Of a stretch of 64,000 nt of DNA, positions 40,273 to 50,533 are shown one piece after another (position 1 is the stretch's first letter; each line of letters begins with the position of its first letter). Source of the stretch: an uncultured Gammaproteobacteria bacterium. GTDB lineage: Bacteria > Patescibacteriota > Patescibacteriia > UBA1558 > GWA2-36-10. The notes beneath the pieces are model-generated. The model was not told the DNA's origin, ran no database searches, and saw nothing but the letters and a program-made list of their open reading frames with translations. The position numbers were made by a program, and so were the translations under genes. Where the stretch lies: the NCBI GenBank assembly GCA_964633905.1, contig CAZWIT010000003.1:67193-131192 (forward strand), given 5' to 3'.

Positions 40273-40911
40273 ATGCACGATAATAATTGTTGCAATTCAG
40301 ATGAAACTTGCGGTGGCGATTGCTGCCAAGACACTTGCTGGAATTGCACTCCCAAAATTGGCAAACTAGCCCCTCAATTTCAAGCTGAGGTCTATCACCA
40401 AGAAGAAATTAAAAAAATCAGTTTAAAGGATTACAAAGGTAAGTGGGTAATATTATGTTTTTATCCAGCTGACTTTACCTTTGTCTGTCCCACAGAACTC
40501 GAAGATCTGGCTAATCATTATGATGAAATCAAAAAGCTCAATGCCGAAGTTTTATCAGTCTCTACTGACACTGTCTTTACTCACAAAGCCTGGCACGATA
40601 CTTCTGAAGCCATTAAGAAAATAAAATTCCCAATGGTCGCTGATCCTACTGGCAATATTACCCGTGCTTATGGCATCTATATCGAAGAAGAAGGTTTAGC
40701 TTTACGTGGCACCTTTATTATTGACCCTGAAGGTAATGTCAAAACTATGGAAGTACACGATAATGGCATTGGCCGATCAAGTAAAGAGCTACTACGTAAA
40801 TTACAAGCAGCTCAATTTGTTTCTAAATATGGTGACCAAGTTTGTCCAGCTAACTGGGAACCAGGTAAAGATACTTTAAAACCCGGCTTAGACTTAGTTG
40901 GTAAAATATAA
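40273..40911 (+). CDS. ahpC: 2-Cys peroxiredoxin AhpC with Cys-rich N-terminal extension
   Basis: FYPADFTFVCPTE, VCPANW. Confidence 0.95.
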   Translation: MHDNNCCNSDETCGGDCCQDTCWNCTPKIGKLAPQFQAEVYHQEEIKKISLKDYKGKWVILCFYPADFTFVCPTELEDLANHYDEIKKLNAEVLSVSTDTVFTHKAWHDTSEAIKKIKFPMVADPTGNITRAYGIYIEEEGLALRGTFIIDPEGNVKTMEVHDNGIGRSSKELLRKLQAAQFVSKYGDQVCPANWEPGKDTLKPGLDLVGKI

Positions 40912-40915
40912 GAAC

Positions 40916-40972
40916 ACCCCCTCTTTTTCTCCCCCTAATTTAGGGGGAGATGTCCAATAGGACAGAGGGGGT
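40916..40972. repeat. palindromic repeat element
   Basis: acccccctct..tctccccctaatttagggggaga..agagggggt. Confidence 0.6.
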
Positions 40973-41058
40973 ATTTTTATTGACAAAAATAGCATAACCA
41001 TAGTATTCTACTAAACTATCGCGTTCTTCAAGTCACTCCCAACAACGAAAGGTCTAAA

Positions 41059-41199
41059 ATGCTTAAGATGCTTCACAAAGAACTTTGGCAGAATGAATCA
41101 AGACTAACTAAAATCACTATCGTGGTAGTACTGGCTATTATTATTGCTTCCGAGCTTGGCCTACTAGCCATTCATATTATTACAAAAGATTGGCATTAA
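41059..41199 (+). CDS. 46-aa single-TM microprotein (absent from ORF track)
   Basis: MLKMLHKELWQNESRLTKITIVVVLAIIIASELGLLAIHIITKDWH; TTGACA promoter, GAAAGG SD, terminator. Confidence 0.6.
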   Translation: MLKMLHKELWQNESRLTKITIVVVLAIIIASELGLLAIHIITKDWH

Positions 41200-41261
41200 A
41201 ACTGTTTGGAGTTAAGCCTAAAAGAGCCTGCATACTGCAGACTCTTTTTTTGTTTAAAATT

Positions 41262-43010
41262 TTACCAACTGCCACCACCGCCACCGCCAAAGCCACCGCC
41301 CGAAAAACCACCGCCACCGCCAAAGCCACCTGCACCACTGTGAGTAGGTGTAGCTAAACTATGGATAGAATTATTGGAAAAACTATGGAGAGAGCTAACA
41401 AATAAAATTGAATTAAAATTAGACAAGCTTGGGTCGCTATACCAATTTGGAGGCGTCTTATAAATATCTTTAAACTTTTCTGCCCATTGCTCCTCTACGC
41501 CAAAAACAATGGCATAAGGCAAAAGTTTTTCAAAGGTTTGCGGATCTTTGTCTGGTGCGTTATGAAACTTAAGGCGATCTTTTTCAGCTACAGTCAAGTA
41601 CTCTTTAAGACCCAATAAATATTCTTTAGTTAAAACTCCACTTTGAGTTTTTTGAGGCATCCAGCGAGAAAACATCACTACAATCAAGCCTGATAAAATA
41701 ATAGAGCCTGTTCCCCAAGCACCAAATACAGCAAACAAAGGAAAAGATAAGCCCATAATACCCAAGCCTAAAATTAATAATAATATTTTCTGACCTTGGC
41801 CGGTGTTACTATAATATTTTTCAGTTTTAAGTAAAGCCCAAACTTCTTTTTTCCATTTTTCTAAATGCGTATAAAAATCATCTTTTAAATCTGATATTTT
41901 TACTTGCTGTTTGTCATCTACCTCGCTAAATAAAAAGGTCAACAATTCGCTTTGATAATTTTTTAAAGCCTTATCGCTATCTTTTACTTTTTCTAAAATA
42001 AAATCTTCTTTGCTAAACATGCCAGTTTTGGGCTGACGAATAATTTTTAAATAACCATGCGCTGCTAAGTATATTATTTCGGCTGTTAAAAAACTATTAT
42101 TAAAATTTTCATAAACAATTGCCCCTGTTTCTGCTGGGCGTAAATCACTAGGCACATCATATTCAGCAATAATATTGCCCCTACCTTTGGGATCACGACC
42201 CTTTTTTGACCACCAATAATACATTAAAACAAAAACCAAAATAGGCCAGCATAAAAACCAAGGACTGCCCCACATTTTCTTAATCAAAGCTGCCTCTTTG
42301 GCTTGGGCTAAATTTTTAGCCGCGGTCTCATCTAATAATCCCTTGGGCAACTGGGCTAAAATAGTCAAAGCCTGGCCTGCTTGTAAATTAGATTGCTTAA
42401 GTTTTAAACCTGTTATGCCTTGGGTATTACTATCTAAATTTAAGCTTTGACAAGGAGTATTCAAACCACGAGCTCCACTCCAACACTTAAAAACTGATTG
42501 CGTACTACTAGCGACTGCTGGCAAACTTAAATTAACTTGCGCTTGTTCAACTGCCACTAACCAATCAGCACCAATGGCATTCCAATACAATTCATCATAA
42601 TTATCAAAAAATAAAATTGCTCCCTGGACCTGATAATTAATCAAATAAGTTTTTTGACCACTAACATATTGCTTGGCATCACCAATTTTTAAAACTAAAT
42701 AATCCCCTTCTTGATAACTAGTATAGTTATATTCCCTACCTTGATTATCAGTCACGCTAATATTATCAATATCAGTAGAAAAATTTTGACCTTCGCCTTT
42801 ATAAAAAATCGGTATTTGCCTAAAAATACCGTGTCGAGATTCAGACCCAAAATCATAATCAATTTTTTCACTGACTAATAAATTAGCTTCTTTATCAAGC
42901 TGGATATCAACTTGATAATTACTAATTTTTTCCTGCGCATAAACAGTGCTGCCAAAAAATAAAACACCCAAGAAAAAGGTGCTAGCTAAAACTAAGTTTA
43001 ATTTCTTCAT
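41262..43010 (-). CDS. DUF2207 membrane protein
   Basis: RHGIFRQIP, DELYWN, LPYAIVFG, GGGFGGGGGGSW end. Confidence 0.92.
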   Translation of the reverse strand: MKKLNLVLASTFFLGVLFFGSTVYAQEKISNYQVDIQLDKEANLLVSEKIDYDFGSESRHGIFRQIPIFYKGEGQNFSTDIDNISVTDNQGREYNYTSYQEGDYLVLKIGDAKQYVSGQKTYLINYQVQGAILFFDNYDELYWNAIGADWLVAVEQAQVNLSLPAVASSTQSVFKCWSGARGLNTPCQSLNLDSNTQGITGLKLKQSNLQAGQALTILAQLPKGLLDETAAKNLAQAKEAALIKKMWGSPWFLCWPILVFVLMYYWWSKKGRDPKGRGNIIAEYDVPSDLRPAETGAIVYENFNNSFLTAEIIYLAAHGYLKIIRQPKTGMFSKEDFILEKVKDSDKALKNYQSELLTFLFSEVDDKQQVKISDLKDDFYTHLEKWKKEVWALLKTEKYYSNTGQGQKILLLILGLGIMGLSFPLFAVFGAWGTGSIILSGLIVVMFSRWMPQKTQSGVLTKEYLLGLKEYLTVAEKDRLKFHNAPDKDPQTFEKLLPYAIVFGVEEQWAEKFKDIYKTPPNWYSDPSLSNFNSILFVSSLHSFSNNSIHSLATPTHSGAGGFGGGGGFSGGGFGGGGGGSW

Positions 43011-43089
43011 AATTGTAAATTAGTGATTAACTAAATTCTATCATAAGCCCTAAAAAAATGGTATAATTGACTTAAGTAAGCATAAATAC

Positions 43090-43776
43090 ATGTCTAGCCC
43101 AGAACAAATACCTAATCAAGGACTATCATCTGCTCAAAGGGATTTGCAAAATATGCAAAGACTACTAAGAGCTAGATTAGCAAGTCACTTTGATGAATTT
43201 ACTAATTCTAATGAGCGAGTTGAACAAATCATAAACAATTTTGGCGACATTATTGATCGCTAAGAAAATAAAGATGAAATGTTGGCTCAACTCAACGAAC
43301 TACGAGCAGTAGAAGAAAAAGAAATTTTCTGTGAACAAGCCTATATAATTTTAGAGCCACTACATCAATGGCGCCAAGAACACTTAGCCGAATTTGAAGA
43401 AATACGCCGTAAATCATTTAATGAACAAGGTGGTTTTATTGAGCTAAACCAGATGCTATCCTACGGCATTCATGGCAAAAATATTCATCTCCATGTACCG
43501 CCTAACATGTCTACTCCTACGCCCGACAAGCTCCGCTTAATTAGAGAAGGCCTAAGTGCTTTAGTTCCTATTTTAGAAGCTAATCCTGAGATAGAAACAA
43601 TTACTGGCACCTCCTGGATAGTAGCTGCTCACCCTGATATTTTAGAAAAAAAATTACATTTTACAGTTACCGGTCCTATTAGCGAAGAACAAAGAGCTCA
43701 ACATTTTAGTTATGACCATAGACCCATAGCCGAAGCCTATATATCTAGAGAAGATTTAATTAAATATTATTCTTAA
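43090..43776 (+). pseudogene. hypothetical protein interrupted by in-frame TAA at 43261
   Basis: ATG 43090 (MSSPEQ...IIDR*ENKDEMLAQ) is in frame with the 43279 ORF. Confidence 0.7.
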
Positions 43777-43786
43777 ATAAAAAATT

Positions 43787-44482
43787 ATGTTACCAACTAT
43801 GCATCACGATCTAGAACCCCAAAAAAGTAAGGGACGGGGCGCAATGATCCTATTACTAATCATTATTTTAATGGCTGCCGTCGGCGGTGGCGTATATTAT
43901 TGGCAGAAAATAGAAGCAAAAAAATTAGCTAGCACTACTGAAGAAAAAGTGCGTAATGAAATGCAAGCCAAGCTTGATGCTAGTAATAACCAAACTACTG
44001 ACTTTGACCAAAAATTATCAGAATCTGAAAAGAAAATTGCTGAATTAGAAAATAATATTAATAAAGCTAATCAAATGATTAGCGGTATGGTTGCTGACCC
44101 TAGTTCTTTAAATTTTTCTATCCAAGTCCCCAGTGATTGGCATATTGATATACAAAGAAGCAGTACTGAAGAAATAGTATTTAATATTGATGGCAAAGAG
44201 GGTGAAAGTAGAGAAGCTATAAAATATATAAGCACTACCCAAGATTTAAATGGTTATAAAGATGAATTCCTTAAACAATTTGATACTAATATTATTGAAG
44301 AAATTAAAACTATCAAAATTGGTACTGACAAAACTTCAGCTTATCATATCAGTACCACTGAATTTGGCATGCAATATATCCTGGTTAAATATCCAAAACG
44401 TATTTATGTCTTTACTACCCAAGGAGCAATGTTAAATGATGGAATTTTAGATACATTTAAACCAATTTATATTTCTCAATAA
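43787..44482 (+). CDS. membrane-anchored coiled-coil protein with PsbP-like domain
   Basis: TM ending GGGVYYWQ, coiled coil, FSIQVPSDW. Confidence 0.65.
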   Translation: MLPTMHHDLEPQKSKGRGAMILLLIIILMAAVGGGVYYWQKIEAKKLASTTEEKVRNEMQAKLDASNNQTTDFDQKLSESEKKIAELENNINKANQMISGMVADPSSLNFSIQVPSDWHIDIQRSSTEEIVFNIDGKEGESREAIKYISTTQDLNGYKDEFLKQFDTNIIEEIKTIKIGTDKTSAYHISTTEFGMQYILVKYPKRIYVFTTQGAMLNDGILDTFKPIYISQ

Positions 44483-44489
44483 TAAAATA

Positions 44490-45848
44490 ATGCCTAAAAT
44501 CACCCTTACATCTTACGGTGCCGCCCAAGAAGTAACCGGCTCCTGCCACTTACTCAAAGTTGATAATTTTAAAATCCTGATTGACTGCGGTTGGTGGCAA
44601 GGCGACCAAAAAAACTATTTCCGCAACTGGGAAACTTTTGGCTTTGATGCCAAAAGTCTTAATGCAGTTATTTTAACTCATGCTCATCTTGATCATTGCG
44701 GGCGCCTACCTTTACTCTATGCTCGCGGCTACAAAGGCGAAATTTATTCAACCAAAGCTACTCAGAGTTTAGCTCAAATTGTCCTTGAGGATAGTTTTAA
44801 TATCATGCTAGAAAAAGCTAGCCAGCACTCCCTAGGTCCAGCCTACAAAAAAACTGACCTAGATAAACTTAATCAGCACTGGACCAATCTTGATTACTAC
44901 AAAACTACTAATCTCAATGACGATGTTAAAATCACTCTTCATAATGCTGGCCATATTTTAGGCTCCAGTTTAGTAGAGATAAAAGCCGGCCCCTATACCA
45001 TAGTATTTACTGGTGATATGGGTGCTGAAAACATGCCTTTAGTCAAAAATATTGATTACTTAAAAAGCGCCGATGCTATTGTCATGGAAAGCACTTATGG
45101 CGATCGTAATCATGAAGCCGTTAAGGATCGCAATGCTAAACTCTTGGAAGCAGTGCAAAGAGTAACCAAAAACGGCTCTACCTTAATAATTTCCGTTTTT
45201 GCTGTCGAACGTGCCCAGAATATTTTAAAAGTATTAAATGACTATTACGAAAATCATTTAGACTTTCGCGTACCAGTATTTTTAGACAGTCCCATGGCTG
45301 CTGAAGTTACCAAAGTCTATCGTCAAAATAGTAACTACTTAAATCACCTAGCTCAAGACGAGCTCAAACATGATCGAGATATTTTTTCCTTCCCTCATCT
45401 AAAAGTTACCAATACAGTTGAGCAATCAAAAAAAATAAACACCAGTCCTAACCCCAAAATTATTTTAGCAGGCTCAGGCATGGCTGATGGTGGTCGTATT
45501 TTACACCACTTAGCTAACTTTGCCCCTGATCCCAAAAATCATATTTTATTTATGGGCTTTCAGGTACCAGGCACTTTAGGCTATAAATTGACTAATGGCG
45601 CTTTTGATTTTAGATATTTTGATCGACAAGTGACAATTAGAGCTGGCGTTGATAAAATAGATGCCTTTTCCGCTCACGCTGACCAAAGTGCACTACTTAA
45701 ATGGCTAAGAGCATTTAAAAATAAGCCAAAAATATTTTTAGCACACGGTGACCCAAGCGCCTCCCAAGTGTTTGCTAATAAGATAAAAGCTGAATTACAA
45801 CTTAGCGCTGAAATACTTAAAAACCAAAACACAATTAATTTAAACTAA
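44490..45848 (+). CDS. MBL-fold beta-CASP ribonuclease
   Basis: GAAQEVTGS, THAHLDH, MESTYG, FSAHAD. Confidence 0.92.
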   Translation: MPKITLTSYGAAQEVTGSCHLLKVDNFKILIDCGWWQGDQKNYFRNWETFGFDAKSLNAVILTHAHLDHCGRLPLLYARGYKGEIYSTKATQSLAQIVLEDSFNIMLEKASQHSLGPAYKKTDLDKLNQHWTNLDYYKTTNLNDDVKITLHNAGHILGSSLVEIKAGPYTIVFTGDMGAENMPLVKNIDYLKSADAIVMESTYGDRNHEAVKDRNAKLLEAVQRVTKNGSTLIISVFAVERAQNILKVLNDYYENHLDFRVPVFLDSPMAAEVTKVYRQNSNYLNHLAQDELKHDRDIFSFPHLKVTNTVEQSKKINTSPNPKIILAGSGMADGGRILHHLANFAPDPKNHILFMGFQVPGTLGYKLTNGAFDFRYFDRQVTIRAGVDKIDAFSAHADQSALLKWLRAFKNKPKIFLAHGDPSASQVFANKIKAELQLSAEILKNQNTINLN

Positions 45849-45881
45849 AAATACAGCCCTTCGCGAAGGGCTGTATTAATT

Positions 45882-46406
45882 TTATTTGAGTAATCCAGTT
45901 TTCTCTTGTATCCAATTCCAAGGATGCATTTCTCTAACGTGTAAAATATATTCTTGTGCTAGTTTAGGAATAAGTAAAATAATAAATACAATAGTTAAAC
46001 GTTTTGGTGTTAATTGCCAGTTAGCAAAATAACGATTGCGAGCGGCCCAAAATAAAAACCAATTTTCAAACATATTTGGAAAAATAAAAAGCAAAATTCG
46101 TAACTGTGTAACTTCAAATAAGATAACCCCCAACAGACGATAAATAAATAAAATAATGCTAGTATTTTTGGCTAACTTTTCTTGCCAGGCTAAGCTGACA
46201 ATTAAAGCAAAGGATAGATAATAAACATCTAATAATTTATCAACTTGGGCATAGTTAGTAAAATCACCTAGCTTAATAACATCAATCAAAATTACATCCA
46301 CCGCATCCAGTACTAAACAAGCGACTGTTCCCCACAAAGGCCAGCGTCTAATAGAAACCGGCACCACTAATCGTAAAATAATAACTAAAATTGGGCCTAA
46401 AGCCAT
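45882..46406 (-). CDS. hypothetical membrane protein
   Basis: LDAVD, YAQVDKLLD, FPNMFE. Confidence 0.65.
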   Translation of the reverse strand: MALGPILVIILRLVVPVSIRRWPLWGTVACLVLDAVDVILIDVIKLGDFTNYAQVDKLLDVYYLSFALIVSLAWQEKLAKNTSIILFIYRLLGVILFEVTQLRILLFIFPNMFENWFLFWAARNRYFANWQLTPKRLTIVFIILLIPKLAQEYILHVREMHPWNWIQEKTGLLK

Positions 46407-46421
46407 AATTTTATATTTACT

Positions 46422-46637
46422 TTATCTTTTATTTAAAGGATTTTCAACATCAAATTCCTGCTCTTCTTTTTTATCTCGAGCTAAAAAGGGATATTTGACT
46501 GCGTCTAAATCACCAATATAAGTAATAGGGTCAACTAAATCTTTATCGCTAGTTTTTGGCCGTGCTAAAACTGGGCTTTTTTTAATATTGGCCCGCGGCT
46601 GGCGTTTAGCTTTATTTTTATTAAAAAAGGCTACCAT
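46422..46637 (-). CDS. hypothetical protein
   Basis: 71-aa ORF. Confidence 0.55.
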   Translation of the reverse strand: MVAFFNKNKAKRQPRANIKKSPVLARPKTSDKDLVDPITYIGDLDAVKYPFLARDKKEEQEFDVENPLNKR

Positions 46638-46647
46638 ATAGTTTAAT

Positions 46648-46786
46648 TTTACCCCGTTAAATAATTCTCGCTTGAAAAGCGAGAATTAGCGCTAATTTAT
46701 CAATATTTAATTATCCTAAACTTAACTACCAATAATAAAGATTATAAGCGACCTAAGTTTAAGATAGCGCTATTTAACAGGGTGAA
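46648..46786. mobile_element. MITE-like palindrome (same family as 33176)
   Basis: accccgttaaata[hairpin]agcgcta...tagcgctatttaacagggt. Confidence 0.65.
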
Positions 46787-46903
46787 TCATAACAAAAAGC
46801 TAAGGATTTAGCAAACTAACAATAGTTATACACAGCTTGGTTTTTTTAATATATTAGTTTATAATATTTTAGCTAAATTAAGCTAAAAGACTCTAGTTTG
46901 GCA

Positions 46904-46951
46904 ACACAATATCTTGTGTGCTATAATTATTTTAAACACTATATATTGTGT
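46904..46951 (+). promoter_or_regulatory. tandem NrdR boxes
   Basis: acacaatatcttgtgt (46904) and acactatatattgtgt (46936), 32 bp apart, upstream of the RNR gene. Confidence 0.9.
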
Positions 46952-47022
46952 TTTTCGGGATAAGGAGCGATTTTTTTATCTCCCTAAAATAAATAATTAA
47001 AAAATACTTAAATAAAAATCCT

Positions 47023-49995
47023 ATGCTACGCCAAGTCAAAAAACGTTCGGGCCAAGTTGAAAGCTTTGATCAAGCTAAAATCATCTTTTCTTTAAAAAAT
47101 GTCCTTGTCCACGCTGGTCTGCCGGACAACCCTTTGACTGATAAATTTACCCAGCAAGTTGTCAAATACATTGATAATATTTATGGCGACGAAGAAGTGA
47201 TTACCAGCGACGATGTGCGTAGCGCTGTAAATATTGTCCTACTAGAAAATAACCTTCCCCAAATTGCTAAAGCCTATTTTCAAACTCGCAATACTAAACT
47301 TGACGGTCAGCAAAAAATATTTTCTAATATTACTAAAATTCGTAAACGCGACGGCACCATTGTTGATTTTGACCGCACCAAAGTCTTTAATGCTATTTAT
47401 AAAGCAGGACAGGCTAGCCAAGAATTTGATGAAATTGAAGCTAAAAAACTAGGCGATATTGTAAATTCTATTTTAGAGCACAAATATGACGGCCACACTA
47501 TTCCTAGTGTTGAGCAAATCCAAGATATTATTGAAATCATCTTGATCCAGTCAAACTGGGCTAAAACTGCTAAAGCTTTTATCCTCTATCGTGAAGAGCG
47601 TAAAAAAATCCGTTTAGAGCAAGGCAAAGAAGTTACTAGCCCTGAAGTCAAAGCTTTAGAAGAACGCGGTATTGCTTTAAGCAAACAAGCCAGGCACATT
47701 TTAAACAACTCTATTAACTTTGATGAATTGGGCCGTATTATTTTCTTAGACCGTTATTCTATCAAAGATAAGAAAGAAGACATTGCTGTTGGCGACCTGG
47801 TTATTGTCATTTCCAAAGAAGACCGCAAATATCCTAAAAAGGATTTAGGTATTATCAAGCACATGCTAACTGGCGATCGAGTTGTCTTGCACATGCTCAC
47901 TGGCATGTATGCTGAAAGTGCCAATAATTTTGAATTTGAACAAGACTTATATAAATGCGATAAACCACGCGAATCAATTGACGATGCTCATCGCCGTATT
48001 GCCAAAGCCGTAGCTTCTGTGGAAACTACTCCAGAAAATCGCACTAAATACTTTGAAGCTTTTTTTGAAGAATTAAATAATAAACGCATTCAACCCGGCG
48101 GCCGTATTATGACTGGTGCTAATGTTGATACTCATGGCAACTACACCTCTAATTTAACTTTATTCAACTGCTATGTTTTACCTTCCCCGCGCGATTCTCG
48201 TAAAGCTATTATTGCCGAGACTCTGTACCAGATGACTGAAGTCATGTCGCGCGGCGGCGGCGTTGGTTTGTCTTTATCAACTCTCAGACCACGCTACGCC
48301 TATGTCAAAGGTGTTCACGGCAAATCCTCAGGCTCTGTTTCTTGGGGCGGACTATTTTCCTATGTTACTGGACTTATAGAACAAGGCGGTTCTAGACGCG
48401 GCGCGCTGATGTTGATGCAGTGGGATTGGCATCCAGATGTTTTAGAATTTATTTCTTCTAAAACTAAAGCTGGCCAAATTGAAAACGCCAATATCTCCGT
48501 CATGGTGTCTGACTCTTTTATGAAGGCAGTTAAAAATGACGAATACTGGAATCTAGAATTTCCTGATTATGAAAATCCGGCTTACAAAGATATCTATGAC
48601 AACATTTGGGACGGCGATTTACTAGCTTGGAAAGCAGCTGGCTATCCAGTCCGAGTTTATAAAACTATCAAAGCTAGAGAACTTTGGAATAAAATTATTG
48701 AATCTGCCCATGCTAGCGCTGAACCAGGCATCGTATTTATGGAACGCTACAATAAGCTTTCCAACTCTCATTATTTTAATAAAGTAATTGCTACTAATCC
48801 TTGTGGTGAACAGGGTTTACCAGGCTGGGGTGTATGTAACTTGGGTCATCTCTACCTTGCTTCTTTTGCCAAAGAAGTCGGCGCCGATGATTTAGGTCCA
48901 CTCTATCAAATGGATTGGGAAACCTTGAAAAAATCTGCCCGCACCTTAACTCGCTTTTTAGATAATGTTATTGATCTGACTCCTTATCATTTTAAAGAAA
49001 ATGAAACTAACCAAAAAAACGAACGTCGTATTGGCGGCGGCACTTTAGGCTTAGGCGAATTACTGATCAAATTGCGCTTGCGTTATGGCTCTGAAGAAGC
49101 TAGTGAATTTATCAATCGCATTTATCAAGCCATTACTACTGAAATGTACAAAGAGTCTACAAATCTTGCTAAAGAAAAAGGTCCTTTCCCTAAATTTGAA
49201 AGTGAAAAATTCTTAAATTCTGGCTTTATCCAAACCTTGCCAATTGATATCCAAAACGCCATTAAAGAAAATGGTATTCGCAATGTGACCTTGACTACTC
49301 AAGCTCCCACTGGCACAGTCGGCTCCATGCTTGGTACTTCTACTGGCATTGAACCATATTATGCTTTTAAATTCTTTAGACAATCTCGCTTAGGTTTTCA
49401 TGAAGTCTTTATACCCTTAGCTGAAAAATACCAAAGCACTGATGGTAAACTGCCAGAATTCTTTGTCTCAGCTATGGATCTTTCTCCTACTGACCACATC
49501 AAGGTCCAAGCTGTAGTCCAAAAATGGACTGATTCCTCTATCAGTAAAACTGCCAATGCTCCGGCTAACTTTACAGTTGAACAAACTGCTCAACTTTATG
49601 AACAAGCCTACGAACTAGGTTGCAAAGGCGTCACTATTTACCGTGACTCTAGCCGTACGGAACAAGTTTTATCTTTAGACAAAGATACAGAAAAGAAAAA
49701 CTTAGCCTACAATGGTGAAAAAACTGAAGTAAAAATAGAAACTACTGAAATAGAAGTTAGCATTCCTAATGATGTTTTAGAAATTATGGAAATCCAAAAT
49801 CCAAGCCCCAGCACTAAAACTGCGCCAACGCCAATTAGCCATATAATCGAAGAACTAGAAGAGTTAGATGAACGCTATGGCACGGCTGTTGGCAAAATCT
49901 GCCCTCAGTGTAAACAAGGCGTAATGGTTAAGATGGGTGGCTGTACTGAATGCTCCAAACAGTGCGGTTTCAAGGGCTCCTGCGACATGAAATAA
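47023..49995 (+). CDS. nrdJ: class II (adenosylcobalamin-dependent) ribonucleotide reductase with two ATP cones
   Basis: VKKRSG and IRKRDG cones, TNPCGEQ, APTGT, C-terminal Cys ribbon; no nrdB nearby. Confidence 0.9.
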   Translation: MLRQVKKRSGQVESFDQAKIIFSLKNVLVHAGLPDNPLTDKFTQQVVKYIDNIYGDEEVITSDDVRSAVNIVLLENNLPQIAKAYFQTRNTKLDGQQKIFSNITKIRKRDGTIVDFDRTKVFNAIYKAGQASQEFDEIEAKKLGDIVNSILEHKYDGHTIPSVEQIQDIIEIILIQSNWAKTAKAFILYREERKKIRLEQGKEVTSPEVKALEERGIALSKQARHILNNSINFDELGRIIFLDRYSIKDKKEDIAVGDLVIVISKEDRKYPKKDLGIIKHMLTGDRVVLHMLTGMYAESANNFEFEQDLYKCDKPRESIDDAHRRIAKAVASVETTPENRTKYFEAFFEELNNKRIQPGGRIMTGANVDTHGNYTSNLTLFNCYVLPSPRDSRKAIIAETLYQMTEVMSRGGGVGLSLSTLRPRYAYVKGVHGKSSGSVSWGGLFSYVTGLIEQGGSRRGALMLMQWDWHPDVLEFISSKTKAGQIENANISVMVSDSFMKAVKNDEYWNLEFPDYENPAYKDIYDNIWDGDLLAWKAAGYPVRVYKTIKARELWNKIIESAHASAEPGIVFMERYNKLSNSHYFNKVIATNPCGEQGLPGWGVCNLGHLYLASFAKEVGADDLGPLYQMDWETLKKSARTLTRFLDNVIDLTPYHFKENETNQKNERRIGGGTLGLGELLIKLRLRYGSEEASEFINRIYQAITTEMYKESTNLAKEKGPFPKFESEKFLNSGFIQTLPIDIQNAIKENGIRNVTLTTQAPTGTVGSMLGTSTGIEPYYAFKFFRQSRLGFHEVFIPLAEKYQSTDGKLPEFFVSAMDLSPTDHIKVQAVVQKWTDSSISKTANAPANFTVEQTAQLYEQAYELGCKGVTIYRDSSRTEQVLSLDKDTEKKNLAYNGEKTEVKIETTEIEVSIPNDVLEIMEIQNPSPSTKTAPTPISHIIEELEELDERYGTAVGKICPQCKQGVMVKMGGCTECSKQCGFKGSCDMK

Positions 49996-50127
49996 TAATA
50001 AAAAATAAACCCCTACTCCGTAAATAATTAAATATCGATTAACCCGCATCTCGCCGAATCCGCCAGCCGGCGGAGAAGGCGGAAAGGGTTCCTGCGACAT
50101 GAAATAAATAATTTATTATAATAAATT

Positions 50128-50520
50128 ATGAAAACAGAATATTTAGAACTTATCAAAAAAGCCACTGAACTTGCTAAACCAATTGAACACAATCGTTATT
50201 GCAAAAGTGGTCATGTGGCTAGCGCCCTAATAGATGATAATGACAAAGTCTACACTGGCGTTAATATTGATACTGATTGTGGTCTAGGCTTTTGTGCTGA
50301 ACATAGTGCTATTGCCCAAATGACAGCAACCCGAGCTAGTAAAATAAAAGCCATCGTAGCTGTAAATCATAATGGCAAGATCCTACCACCTTGTGGCCGT
50401 TGTCGTGAACTAATGTATCAAATAAATTTAGCTAACCTAAAAACGGAAATCATTATCTCTGAAACAGAAATATTACTACTAGAAGATCTATTAAATCATC
50501 GTTGGCAAGAAGCTTGGTAA
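50128..50520 (+). CDS. cytidine deaminase family protein
   Basis: CAEHSA, PCGRCRE. Confidence 0.9.
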   Translation: MKTEYLELIKKATELAKPIEHNRYCKSGHVASALIDDNDKVYTGVNIDTDCGLGFCAEHSAIAQMTATRASKIKAIVAVNHNGKILPPCGRCRELMYQINLANLKTEIIISETEILLLEDLLNHRWQEAW

Positions 50521-50533
50521 AATATAAAAGTAT

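Noticed and set aside
43261-43263. Alternative genetic code or stop readthrough
   Set aside because: The stop is TAA, and the conserved genes are intact under code 11
49864-50100. 78-aa minus-strand ORF
   Set aside because: Arises from the palindrome and the nrdJ antisense strand
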